Positions 14,371 to 33,274 of a stretch of 64,000 nt of DNA are shown one piece after another. Source of the DNA: the human T2T-CHM13v2.0 reference genome, Homo sapiens; assembly GCF_009914755.1 (NCBI RefSeq), contig NC_060943.1; one strand, 5' to 3'. The position numbers and the translations under genes were made by a program. Below the pieces are notes generated by a model. That model was not told the DNA's origin. It saw only the letters and a program-made list of their open reading frames with translations, and made no database searches. Numbering within the stretch: position 1 is the stretch's first letter; each line of letters opens with the position of its first letter.

Positions 14371-16339
14371 TTTTAAGCTGCCATTTATTAAGCCTATGTG
14401 CTCTGCACAGTGTTAAACATTTTTATCCTCACAATCCTGTGAGGTGTAGACATTGGCCATTTTATAGATTAGGCCCAGAAAAGGAAAAAGAAAATTTCTC
14501 ATGACCAAGTGTTTCTCAAAAAGTGTTTCAAGGAATAGCAGTTCTGCAGGTGTTATCTGAAAAAAAAAAAAAAGAAAAGAAAAAAAAAAAAGGCTTGTGT
14601 TCAACTATGTTTGGGGAACTCTGGGAGTAAAAGGGTTAAATGTACCTTTTTACTGCAGGATTAATATGCCAATGTGCATACCTGATCTCTTTTGTAAAGC
14701 CTCCAAGGTGTAGTAAATACTACAGAGAAATACCTGTAGACCAACATTTACATTTTGAGAAAATGATTTAGCCTTATATTGTCAATATTTGCTTTAATAT
14801 TCTGAGATTTTTGCCCTATGACATTATGCAGTTAATTTTATAGTATAAGCGCTGCACTCATCTAACATTACCAGCTCATATCAGCCCCTCCTCCAGAAAA
14901 GCTTTTAGGTGATACTGTTCTTCCCTCATCACAGCATAATGCCATCAGCAAATTAGTTATTACATTTCACAGAGCCTAGTGGAAACCTCTCCTGCCAATT
15001 ACTGAGTAGTCAATTACATTCTGGACATATGCATTTTACACTGATTAAAAAAAGAATTACAGCCGTTGATTTTGCTTTTCAAATTAAGAGATAACATCTA
15101 TGTAATATAGAATTACAGTGACTTGACTCAATAAAATAGTGATTTAAAAGAAAAAAAATGGGATTTGGAGAAAAACTGTAACCAACACATTATCCAAAAA
15201 CAAGGAATAAGAAATGTTGTTAGCCTTTCTAAGCCCCAAAGACTGAAAGACCTCAGGGAACTGTAAGTTCTAACCTAATACTAATACTACCTTGAAAAGC
15301 CAAAATGTTAATTTCCTCCAGCACTGGAGAGGATTTGTCTCACTAGAAAATTTTAGATATAAACACCAAGTCAAAAATAATTCTTCAGTGACTCTGAGCA
15401 TTCTGCCAATGACAACAGATTTAAAATGCATTTTAGAAGCAATGACAGGGAATTAAATAGATTTCTAGTGCTGTAAAGCTGTAAAGCTTAATATTACTTC
15501 ACAAAGTGTTAAAGTGTCTGATCTTCCCTCAGCTCATTTGGTACCTTGTGAGCACTGAAGAAAAGCTAAGTGCAGGGGCACTTTATTAATGTATTGGAAG
15601 CCACATCAATGGTAGTATGCCTAACACCTTCCAAAAAGTTTTGAGAAATCTAAAGTAAAACGGCATGTGAGTTCCTAAAAGCCTTAACGGAAAATATTGT
15701 CAGCTATCACCTACAAAGCTGCCTCTAGCTAAAGGCCAGCTATAAATTAGAGATATTTAATTTTGCAGTAACACTCACAAAAAACTACAATGCATTATGC
15801 TTCCCCTGAAAATAATGCAAAGATTCTAATTAGTTTTTAATTGCTTGCTAAATTGTTCAGTTTTATTCAAAATGGCCTTTAAAGAGCTATGCACCAAAAA
15901 TACTTCCAATATTTCTGTGAGAAAGTTGTCAGCCCTCCTAGCCTGAAGGCAGCAGAAATTGAACTCCACAAGTGCACAGGCATGGGGGGCTCACATGATT
16001 TTTAGTAAGGGAGGATTTTATTTCAACCACCTGTGACCTCACCAAAACAAACAGGTCTGAGTGCAGAAAACAACTTGATGTAAACAAATGGAATCTGGGT
16101 TGCCTGAGATTCTGGGATGTGAATGCGTTCACCTGGAAAAGATAATGTCCTGGGAGGTCACTCTACCCAGACTCCCCTTTATCTAAATATTCTCAAATGT
16201 TTCTATGGTCAAACACCAACCATTTTAGTTAAGATTTATACAGAAATGAGCCAGAGAAACTCTTATAAATTTGACCTGGTTACCCACTGGCTACTAACAG
16301 AGTCATCCACTTCCTTTGGAAATGGTTCCAATCCTGAAG

Positions 16340-18365
16340 ATTCAAGACAACTTCAGCTTTCAGTCAAGATTGAGTAACAGTTATCAGATTTACCCTCCTG
16401 CCTTAAATAACTACAAAAGTGGACAAAATATATGAAGCAATGGTTTTCTGGACATTAGGTATCAGGCAACACAGGACTGTGATACGTAAGAAGGGAAATA
16501 GAAAAGGTGAACTCTACAATTATACCAGCTTCCTACCTGAAGGCAGTTTCCAGGCCTTAGTACAGGGAGGGGAAATGAAGCTCAGCTGATTCACCAATTC
16601 AGGGAGACAGAGTCAGAGTTCAGAGGACAAGGCAGCCAGAATTTGTAAGGCAGAGCACAGGAGATGAGGGAAATGCAGAGCCAGAGAGCACCAGAAACCT
16701 GCAGACGGTCCCCTCAAGGATTACTTGAGTTCCAATCTGTATGGTGTGAGAAGATAATACTCGAGGCTGGGAAAGAGCCACCAGAAAGGAATAAGCAGGA
16801 AAAATCTCACTCCTACCAGCCAGAGTGAAAAGACCACATAATACATGAGGGACCAGACAGATTTCTTTAAAATAAAGGGGAATCACATGAGGTATCTAAA
16901 TAAGTCAAAATCATAGAAACAGAGGTTGGAAGATGGTTGCCGGGATTGTTGAGAGGAGACAGAATTAGTGTCTAAGGGGCATAGAGTTTCAGTTCTGCAA
17001 GCTGAAGCTCTGGAAACCTGTTGCACAACAATGTAAATATACTAACATTACTGAACTGTACACATAAAAATAGTTAAGGTGGCAAATTTAACTTTATGAG
17101 TTTATAACCACAATTAAAAATAAAATTTAAACATAAATAACAATAAAAATGAATAAAAAGGAAAGGAGGGCCTAAATTAGCCCAAGACTGCTCTGCATGT
17201 GCCCAAACGAAGCTTACAAGCAAGCACTGAAAGGATCCAACTAATCCCAAATAACTACTCCACAAAGAAGCCACATTACTTAAAGAAATAAAACCAATCA
17301 CAGCAATAATATGAAATTCTTCGTATTCATCATCCAGTCAGAAAAAAGACAGCAAAGAAATGGAAAAATATGACCCATATCCAAGAGAAAAAGTAATCAA
17401 TAGAAACAGAGCCAGAGGCAAGAGAGGTAATAAAAAGGGCAAATAAATATACTAAAATGGCTATTATAAATATATTCAATATGGTCAGGAGAGAAAAACA
17501 TCATCATGATGAAGAGAGAGAGTAAAAACCATTTAGAAATGAAAAATACAATGTCTGAAATAAAAAATTCACGGAATGGGATTAACAGTGGTGTAAACAG
17601 TGCAGAGGAAAAGATGAGCAAACTTGAAAACATGGTACTAGACATTATCCAGAAAGAAAAAAACGACAGAATGAATAAAGCACCAGTGACATGTGGGATA
17701 AAATGAAAGAAGTAACATGCATGCAATTACAGTCAAGGAAGTAGAAAAAAGAGAAGGTGGAATAGAATAAAAATATGAAGAAATAAACTCATATGATGAA
17801 GTACAATAAACTCCTTGCAGAATAAAAATGAAGAAAACCACACAAAGACACGATAATGAAATGTTAACCAGTAATAAAATGAAAATCTGAAAAAACATCC
17901 AAGAGAAAAAGATACATGACAGCAGCATTGTCAGAAATTATGCGAGCCAAATGACAGTGGAGGAACATCCTTAAAGTACTGAAATAAACTGTCGATTCAG
18001 GATTCCCTACCCAGCGAAAGTCATCTTTCAAAATTAAAGACATTTTTCAAATTAAAGCTGGGAGAATTCAGTTGTCAGCAAAACTTAAGCAAAAGAAATG
18101 AATAAGATACTAAACAGAAATTTGAGCCTTTACCAAAGAGAAAAGAGCACTGGAAGTGGTCATTATATTAACACTATTAAAAAATTTTAAATCTTTTTAA
18201 AGGATAATAGTTTCAAACAAAAATAACAACAACATCTTGAGAAGTTTATAAACATATGTAAAGAGTACAATGTATGACAACAGCACAAACGATAGGTGGG
18301 AAATGGACCTTACACAGAAGGGGATAAAATATTATTTGCAGGTAGTACGTGCATGTTGTAAACCC
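16340..18365 (+). mobile_element. Ancient L1M 5'/ORF1 region with a nested L1MA/L1MB 3'UTR (~16885-17150)
   Basis: ORF 17506..17706 (LEMKNTMSEIKNSRNGINS) is L1 ORF1 coiled-coil-like; nested tgtaaatatactaacattactgaactgtacac 3'UTR. Confidence 0.7.
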
Positions 18366-18368
18366 TGA

Positions 18369-18552
18369 AGCGGGGTCAGCAAACTCTGGCACAGGCTAAA
18401 TCCAGCCTGTTATTTTTGTATAGTTCAGAAGCTAAGAATGGTTTTTGCATTTTGGAAGAGGTGAGAGGGAAAGGAAACGTGAAAGCATCTACGTCACACA
18501 AAATCTAAAATATTTGCTACCTGGTTCTTTACAAAAAAGTTGCTAAGCCCTG
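18369..18552. mobile_element. MER58B-like hAT-Charlie element
   Basis: ggggtcagcaaact...gctaagaatggttttt...aaaatatttgctacctggttctttaca. Confidence 0.7.
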
Positions 18553-18559
18553 TCCTAGA

Positions 18560-18781
18560 ATAAAATTTCTCTACCTTGGTGCTACTGACATTTTGAGCCA
18601 GATAATCCCTTGTTGTGGGGGTTGTCCTGTGCACTGTAAGGTGTTTAGTGGGACTCCTGGCCTCTACCCAATAGATGCCATGAACACCCACCCCCAGTAG
18701 TGACAAATTCAAATATGTATCCAGACACTGACAAACGTCCTGGGGGTGAGAGAGAAATCTGACTGCAGTTGAGAACTACTG
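18560..18781. mobile_element. MER20 hAT-Charlie element
   Basis: ctactgacattttgagccagataat...ctggcctctacccaatagatgcc...gttgagaactactg. Confidence 0.85.
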
Positions 18782-18834
18782 CACTAGAGTACATCTATTT
18801 TTTTTTTTTTTTAAATAAAAAAGAGGTAGAGCTG

Positions 18835-19140
18835 GGCCAGCCATGGTGGCTCACGCCTGTAATCCTAGCACTTCTGGAGGCCAAGCAGGGTGGATCACCT
18901 GAGGTCAGGAGTTCAAGACAAGCCTGGTCAACATGGTAAAACTCCGTCTCTACTAAAAATACAAAAATTAGCTGGGCATGGTGGCACTTGCCTGTAGTTC
19001 CAGCTACTTGGGATGATGAGGCAGGAGAATCACTTGAAACCAGGAGGTAGAGGTTGCGGTGAGCAGAGATTGCGCCACTGTACTTCAGCCTGGGTGACAC
19101 AGTGACACTCCATCTCAAAAAAATAAACAAATAAATAAAT
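18835..19140 (+). mobile_element. AluS (Sx/Sz-like)
   Basis: Full Alu; TSD ...aggtagagctg on both sides. Confidence 0.93.
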
Positions 19141-19149
19141 AAAGGTAGA

Positions 19150-19419
19150 GCTGATAAGCCAATAGTAGAAATAAAATGAATTCTTCAAAAAAAATTTTTA
19201 AACTCTCATTCCAAAAGAAGTCAGAAAAAGAAAAAAGATTTTTCAGATAAGGCATAAGTATAAACCACAGAAAAAATATTGATAAATTAGACTTGATCAA
19301 AATTTAAACTTCTGCTCCTCAAAAGACACTGCTAAAAAAATTAAAAACCAAGCCACGGACAGAAGGAAAATATCTGCAAAACACACATTTGATAAAGTAC
19401 TAGCTTTCTCCCACCGCCC

Positions 19420-19479
<60 letters not shown>

Positions 19480-20270
19480 ATGACTCAAGACAACCTGATT
19501 TGGAGACAATATAAAAAGAAGGCAAATATGCACATGAAAATATATTAAACATCATTAATAAGAGAAATCCAAATTAAAACCAAAATGAACTACCACGACA
19601 CATCCACAGAACACTGAAGATTTAAGAGACGGACAATAACAAGTGCTGACAAAGATGAGGAGCAACTAGAACTCTCAGGCATGGCTGGTAAGACTACAAA
19701 ATGGGACAATCACTTTGGAAAACAATTTGAAACTTTACAATGAAATAAATGTGCACTCACTATATAGCCCAGCAATCTCATAGGTATTTGCCCCAAGAGA
19801 AATGAAATATATGTTAAGGCAAAAATTGTTGCCCAAATATTCTTAGCAACTTTATCCATGATAATCAAAGAGCATGAACAACCCAAGTGGTCCATCAACT
19901 GGTAAATGAATAAATAGAAAGAAACAAACTACTGATACAAGAAACAACAGATGAATTCATCTTAAGGGCATTATGCAAAGTGTAAGAGCAACAGCAAAGA
20001 CTATATACTGACTCATTTCTTTTCTATGTAATTCAAGAATAGGCAAAACTATAGTGACAGAAAGCACATCAGTGGTTGCCAGGTCGAACTATGGGCAGAG
20101 GAACTTGCCTGCAAAAGAAAATGAGGGGACTTTTGGAGGTGATACAAACATTCAATATTATGATTGTCATAGTTACACAACTGCATATATTTGTCAAGAC
20201 CCAGAGAATCATTTAAAATTGGTGATATTTTTATTGTATCAAAAAAGATGATATAAGCTGATTTAAAACA
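19150..20270 (+). mobile_element. Ancient L1M (L1MC/MD-like) ORF2 end and 3'UTR, containing a (TA)n(TATG)n repeat at ~19434-19481
   Basis: aaaatttaaacttctgctcctcaaaagacac...gagcaactagaactctc...cactttggaaaaca. Confidence 0.7.
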
Positions 20271-20954
20271 AAAATAGCCAGGAAGCCTTTAGAAATAAGA
20301 ATGGAGTAAGAGTGAGACTACATTTTCCCCTAGTCATTAGTAGGAAAAACAACTTGCTACAATTCAGGATGTCCGGGAAATAGTCCTTCTGGTCAAATTT
20401 GGTAGGGTGCTAGTGCTTTGGGTCCTTGTACAAGAATATACATTTAACTAAAATACTGGTTGAGAGTATTTAGGCCACAGGGTTAACAGTAGGCACACAT
20501 GGGAATTTAGTATTATTCCCAGTAAACGGGGAAAGAATCAACTCTTCAATAGACAGTATCAAGAGAACTCCTGAGGCATTTAGAGAAAAACAGTTCCATA
20601 TCATACAGTACACAAAATCAAATTACAGATGGAATACAAATGTAAATTTAAACAAGATTATAAAGTCACTAGAAGATAATATTAAATTTTTAAAATCTTG
20701 TGATAGATAAGGCCTATGTAAACAAGTCACAAGACCCAGAAGAGTAGATCTGACTACAATTAAAACTTAAATAAAATACCGTAAACCAAGTTCACAAGCT
20801 CAGACAGCCCAAAAGATACTTCATACATGAAAGTATAAACATTTCTATAAATATGAGTATAGGTTACTTATAAATATACTTATATATATATGATGCATTT
20901 GTTTAAATACTAAACGATTAAAAGCCACACTGTATACAATACCTATAAATCAGG

Positions 20955-23722
<2,768 letters not shown>

Positions 23723-24189
23723 CCTCAAATCCAATAGAACAGGCAAAAGATGAACTGGCAATTTTCAGAAAAATAAACCTGTGAAAATATAGTAAATGAT
23801 GAGATAATCAAATCAAATAACAGTAATCAAATAAATACAAATTACAATGTTTTTTTCATTCATCAGAGAAGCATTTTTTAAAATTATTAATATTCAGTGT
23901 TATGAAAGCATGTCAAACTGTCACTCCCATATACTGTGGGTAGGAGTATAAACCAGTGCTCTGTTGTTCAAGACACTCTGGCAAAAGCTATCAAAATTTT
24001 AAATCCACAACCCTCAATCCAAAAGTCTTCATCCAATAATCTAAACATAGACTATCTTAGAGAAGACACAAAGTGTTGCATTTTGAATCCTTTTTATGTA
24101 TCTATTTGTAATAATGAAAAACTGGAAATTTGAATACCCATCAATACTGGGGAATAGGTTAAGTAATGACTCATCCATCCACAGCAGAC

Positions 24190-24655
24190 ATAGATGTTTT
24201 TGCCTGCAAAGCAGTTCTTCCATCTTCTTCTAGCAACAGAACCGCCCCCTTTCCCCTAGAAACTGCCCTTCCATCACCTGGGAGGTATCATTCATGAGGC
24301 TCTACCCACTCTCTATCAGGACAGAAATGTGATTTAATGGGAACAGATGACTTCATTTCTCTGGTTGTATAGTGAGTGGTCAAAAAACAAGCGGAAAATA
24401 TGACCCAAGCAGATGCTAGAAGAAAGGAGTCTCTCTCTCCGAGTCCATAAAAACTGGGGCCATCTTTGGCACCACGTCGAACAAAGCCAACCTGAGAGTG
24501 ACAGCCACACCAGAAAAGGCAGAACTAAAAAGATGGATCCACCAACCATGCCTAAAATCAGCTCTTGTCCTCAGACTTCCTAGTTCCAGGACCAAACCTC
24601 ATAAGGCCTGCTTGAGCTGAGTTTCTGTAACTTATAACTGAAAGAATTCTGGCAA
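24190..24655 (+). mobile_element. Ancient ERVL/MaLR-type LTR remnant (LTR16/MLT1-like)
   Basis: ggccatctttggcaccac...gagctgagtttctgtaacttataactgaaag. Confidence 0.45.
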
Positions 24656-27032
24656 TGGAGTAGAACACAAATACACAGGGATGAGGTGGATCTGTATGTA
24701 CAGACATAATTTTCCACAAGGTGTTAAGGGAAAACAGCAATAGCAATTTTCAGAGCATTATTATATTATGCCTGGTTTGTTGTTTTTAAAAGATATACAT
24801 TTTTCTGTTAATAGTGAGCGCTGGCAAAAGAGGAGAATATTCATTTTAACACTAACACATAAAAGACCTTGAAAAATATTATTTATACACATTTTTTAAA
24901 ATCACACAATAAAATAAAACATCATGCATAAAATTTGCATCAAAGCCCAGTCATCAAATTTACCTTAATTTCCAAAGAAGCCCATGGAATATTTTTCCTA
25001 GAAAGGAGAAGAAATAGCAGCAGCAAACTGAATTATAAAGAAACAAAAGTGGTATTGCTCCCATGAGGTCATCAGTGTTTGATATATAACTTTCTTCATC
25101 TCCCTCTGGAAAGCCAAATCCAGAAAATAAATATTTCAACATCCTTCTACAACTCCAGGAAAGGGAGATATACTTGAGGTCAAATGATCTCTGGGCAGTT
25201 TTTAAAAATATATTCATGTTTACATCTATGTTGCAATGACAGACCAAGAAACCTAGGAAAGGTGATACTTGTGAAGCTCAAATGTAGTCAATTAACATAC
25301 AGAATTTTGCTACCTGCCATATTCAGGTTACACTAAGGGAAGACCAGAAGGACAGGACACAGGGTAACTCAATCAACACAGAAGACTATCCTTTTTCCAC
25401 ATCAGTGTTTTCATCTAAAATGCCAAATCCATACCACTCCAGGGTGCTCTCAGTACTCCCTACACTGTGCTGAGATGTGTGACTCCCCATGACTGAGAAA
25501 AAAATCTACTCTCTGTAACTTAAACAAGAACGCATAAGGCCTATTCACTAATAACTAATTATGTGAATAAAAATTAATATTAGCTTAGATTTAAACTAAA
25601 ATCAAAATAAACTCTGAAAAACTATCATGCTATAAACAGGAACAAGGATGGTATTAACTTCACTGACCTATCTGTGTATTGTCTTGACATTCTAGAAAGG
25701 TACAAAAGAATATATAAAATCTAAACTCCAAGATAAAGTGAAAATTCAATTGAAAAACCAACATGATTCTTTAAGATGAATAAATGGCTTTATCTTGAGG
25801 CATCATATCTAGAGGGAAAAAGAAAAAAGAATAAATGGTTTTTAAGTCAATATTTGACTGAAGCTGATGCAGAATTAATCAGTATTACATTTTAAAACTC
25901 TTTGCAACAGGATTTTTAAAAAGAAGTAAAAAAGAAACCTTTCAATGATCAAACAATAAATCTAACATATATCCTTCTACATTTAGTAGCATCTTAAAAA
26001 TAAGAGTTTTTTTTTTTCAAATTTAAGAAACAAATATAACCACACTTAGGGAAAAAAAAATAATACTCTTTCTGAAACACCAAAAAGATAAAATACTGTG
26101 GGTTCTTAAGATAATTACATATGCCACACTGGCACTATGGTCCATAATGGGTTTGAAAAAATAACAAGATTTGATTTTATTATTTCATCACTATAATCTT
26201 AATCATTAGGCATATTAATGTCACGTATACTTTTTTAATATTTATTTTTAAAAGCTATGTCTCAACAATATGACACCAAAAACACACAGCTGATACAGGT
26301 TGTATAGGTAATCATTTTGACTGTGAAAAAATATGATCAGAATACTGTTACAATAAAGGAAAAATACCTTCTTTTTAATCATTCTCATTCAGCAACAGTA
26401 AAAATGCTCTATGTACACGGTGGCTCTGAAGGACACATTTCATCTCTTTTTCAGACCTGCTGTGCTATCTATTGCTGTTTTGGTGATTACACAGTTCAAT
26501 ATGAAAATGCGTCCCATTCAGATTCTCAATAGTAAGTCTGATTAGGCAGATAACTTTCCAATCATAAAAGCTTTTATTTTAGGACAACCATTATGCAAAT
26601 CTAGGGTGGAAATCGGACTCACTGTAATTGGGATAAGAAGACACTCTGAGAAGAAGGCTGTACATGTGACACTGCATTTGGTGCACTCGTCTTGCATTCT
26701 CTTCCTTTCTTCCTCCTCTTTGAAGCCCCAGATTAAAGTATAATTACACTAGAGAGTTACAAATGGGCTTATTAGAAGAGAACTATATGTTTAAGACAGC
26801 AAGGCTTTCAGATAAGAAATCTCCAAATATTTTCTGTTATATGTTTTTACAGTCTTTCTTATAAAGAAGGAGTGTTTGATGCGCAACACCTGCTAACAGA
26901 AATAATTCTACACTCAAGCCCAGTAGAATAATCAAATATAAAATACAGACATAAAGCAAACTACAACGGCAACAGTGATTCTTGGGGCAGCATGTGCAAA
27001 ATACAGTATTTTGCTATCTAATATCATTGTGA

Positions 27033-27350
27033 TCAGAAAAGAAATGTGCCAAAACACTGTTTCTCATTCCACTTGAACTGGATCCCCATAATTCCAACAA
27101 ACATCACTTGTGACATTAGGTTGTCATCAGCTTGCATGATCCCCAGTTCACTTAACCTTTTCTTCTTCATCTGGCCTTTTTGTGTAAAGGCAGAAACCAG
27201 TTCATTTACAATTTCCCTCAACTTGCTCAGAAAGGTCAGATCTTGCATAAAACTCCATTTTAGCAGGTGCACATTGCATCAGCTCCTCTGGATCTACTCT
27301 TTCAGCTACATCTGCCTTTCTACTTGTCTGAATTTTAAGTGCTTTATTTT
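27033..27350 (-). pseudogene. SHCBP1: SHCBP1 pseudogene terminal exon 13 equivalent (coding part, frameshifted)
   Basis: atccag|NKALKIQTSRKADVAERVDPEELMQCAPAKMEFYARSDLSEQVEGNC(frameshift)...NELVSAFTQKGQMKKKRLSELGIMQADDNLMSQVMFVGIMGIQFKWNEKQCFGTFLF*; the last part is ORF 27033..27272. Confidence 0.94.
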
Positions 27351-27506
27351 CTGGATAAACAAACTATGACAAAGTTCAGTATGCAAGCTAGCCCAACTAA
27401 AACATAACATTTCTACACAGTCTGTTAGAGCTTTCAAGTGTTTTCTGCCAAGTATTCCTGCTGTCATCTAACTGGAGTTTACAAATTCCTTGCCATAAGA
27501 ATCTCA

Positions 27507-29585
<2,079 letters not shown>

Positions 29586-29814
29586 AAGAATCTCGATGAG
29601 TGACTGTCTTGCTCTTTATGCCAAGGTTTCCTGATCTTCATACAGGATCACAAATTTTGAACTATTTGTCTACCCTTTTCATCCTACAATCTTCCCCACT
29701 CAACAGATATTTATTGGATATTTACTATCTGTTAAACATTGTGTTAGGAACTAGGATGCAGATTGGTAAGACAGTGCTACTTTCCTTTAACTCCCAATCT
29801 AGCAGCAAACTCTA

Positions 29815-30550
<736 letters not shown>

Positions 30551-31217
30551 TGAAGAAATAAAGAACTTGCTCTTCAGGAGTGGACCCTGAAGGATGACAA
30601 GGAGTACTCTTGAAACTGCTTTAAACTTTCCTTAACTCGGTCAATGCTTAATTCTTCTCTATGACTGAGATTTAGTAGACTGAGATCTATGTCATCGCTT
30701 TGAAGTTCACAAATATCCAGTGAGTTAGCTCACCTTTGCTGCCAAGAAAGGCAGATGACAGGGAGGCACTTCCTTCTACCAATAAAAAATGGAGGCAAAC
30801 TCCACTATTGGCTCCAGTAAACACAGCCCTCAACCTGGCACATGGATTACCCCACCTCCAACCTCAACAGATATCAGCCGGAGCCACCACTGCTATCACA
30901 CACCCATCCTCATTCTATACGTTTATAGAAAGCCAACCACAGTAAGAAGGGAACTGAAGGACCACAGAAACCACAATGTCAAGGTTTTGAATGAACAGTT
31001 GAACTAGCTGACTTTGAAAGTTCCTTTCTCCCTCAGATTCTATAATGTTATAGCTTTACCAAAACTTCTCTTTCTCCATGCCCAAACATATTCTGGCAAT
31101 CTTAAAAAAAAAAAAAAAAAAAGCAGGAAGACTCAGATCCTTAATCGGATTTTAATGCTGAAAAAAAAAGTAAATTAGGTCTGATTTTTCTATCTAAAAT
31201 TCCTAAATATCGCATAC

Positions 31218-31354
31218 CTTCAGTTTCATCTTGGGCACTTTCTTGGAGGTTAGAGAAAACTGTAGCTTTCACCAAGAAAACACCATAACCTTCATTTTAT
31301 GATATTACTCACCAAGGATATTTTGGGAATGTCATAATGTTCATCTAAGAAGAC
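31218..31354 (-). pseudogene. SHCBP1: SHCBP1 pseudogene exon 12 equivalent (frameshift, AG/GT intact)
   Basis: tcacag|VFLDEHYDIPKISLVSNII(frameshift)NEGYGVFLVKATVFSNLQESAQDETE|gtatgc. Confidence 0.92.
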
Positions 31355-31717
31355 CTGTGACACTGAAAACAAATGTTTCAAGGAACTGTCTTTTCAACAC
31401 TGCCTGCTTAAAAAATCTTGCCTTTTTTCACACTATTCTAAAAATAAAGCAGAAAAGCTATGCTGCTATGCTGATTCACATGCTGTAGCACAGTGTGATG
31501 CAGCATTCCTCTGTCATTTCTGCAGATCTAGAGGCAACAAAGTATTCTTGCAAAAGACTTTCAATCATTAGCTACTGATATTATTAGAATTTATATACTA
31601 TTTAGGCCTTTCAAAGTCGGAAAACAATAGGACCCAACATGGGAATGTAATAAAGCATAATTTCTTAGGTGAAATCATTCCAACCTTTAGAAAGCAAGTG
31701 TCTCGGCCAATGCTCAG

Positions 31718-31807
31718 CTTAATGAGGAGCCCTTCCTTGCAACAGCGGGTCCATTCTCACGCAGGGAACCCAAACTTACTCCCAGGATATATTTCTATGC
31801 CAGCACC
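31718..31807 (-). pseudogene. SHCBP1: SHCBP1 pseudogene exon 11 equivalent (stop, donor GT>CT)
   Basis: cttgcag|GAGIEIYPGSKFGFPA*EWTRCCKEGLLIK|ctgagc. Confidence 0.9.
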
Positions 31808-33274
31808 CTGCAAGTTACAATTTGAGATAATAACAATCAGTTTCAAAAAGGCAGGAAGAATTTTATTACAATCACTTTTTAGGCTTTTACACAGTGCAAA
31901 TGTAAAGCACAAAGATAAAGCATTTTACAGATAAGCTTTATTAGGTATTTTAAACCAACACTTCATTTGTTCCAGATTAGCAAGTCATTAGCATGTATCA
32001 TTTTCAAACCACCCCCACCCCACCCCAACATACAGGCTGAGTGTCAACATTCAATTCCTGTTCCACTGTCTTTCATTCTAGATAAATCGGTTTTCAGATT
32101 CTGCCAAAAGTAGAAATCCTTTAACAATTTTGTTGAAAGATGCACTTAATCAAAATGACCATTCTCTCATCTACTCAATTAGTGAAGAACAGTATTTGAG
32201 TTTAGTAAAATATTATAATTTGAGACTAGAAATAAGGCCCTATATTTAAAAAATTCCAGTTATAAGATACCCCAATCCAACTTAAAAATCACTTCTACGA
32301 ATTAAGCAATGGCCTTCACTGCTACACAGGTTAAAATTAACAACTAGTTCAAGTGTAATTTATATAGAGTAACCAGAAAGATTCAAACCTGGTCCAATTC
32401 TCTCACACTGTCTCCTCACACCACATGGCACCAACAAAAAAGAAACAGTAATAGGAATAATTTATTTCCTAATGTTATGCAAGGCACTTTAAAAAGCAAA
32501 ATGAGTCACTCAAACCTCTATAGTTATTTAGGAAACCACTTAGGAATAATTTAATACACAAAATCATAGGTGAAGAAGAGCTGGTATAACTACTCATGAC
32601 ACATCTACTGCATGTATGATACTTTTCTAAGAGCAGTCATATACCATGAGAAAACATTTATTATTATTTTTCCCTTTGCATATGCCTGAACCATATATGT
32701 ACACACTAACTTATCTCTTCTGTAGAGATGTTTTTAAAAATCTGCTAACTGGGACTTCAGAAAAAAAATTTTCAGCTCGGGGTTATGTGCAAAAAAGACA
32801 CAGGAGTGATTATATTAAAAATACATATACAAATAGTTAAATATCGAACTTCAGGAATCACATAAAATTTAAAAAGAATGGGAACAGCAGCTATCTGGCA
32901 AATGATATGATCATATTCAAACTTAGTTATAAAGATGAACAAATAATTTGGCAATTAAAAAGTAACTGCCACTTGTGAAACAATAGAGATGTCTCTATTT
33001 TTTCTGCTAGGTATAACCAAAAACCATGGGCATTGTATATAAAATAAACATAAGATAACTGAAAAATGGAAAGAAGGTGGCAGACCAGCAGCAGACCTCA
33101 AGACCCAAGAAAGAACACCAACACAGTGGGAAGTTCCCAGGGTTTTCTTTTCACTTCATAATCCCCAGACTTGGAGCTTATGTAGCTGGCAATCCAGTAT
33201 ACAAACAGACAAAGACCAAAAATGCCCCCAAAATACTGCTTTGTCTAGTCAAAGGACTAGGCAACCTAGAAAGA

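Noticed and set aside
27046-27369. 107-aa plus-strand ORF
   Set aside because: Antisense shadow of the SHCBP1 terminal exon
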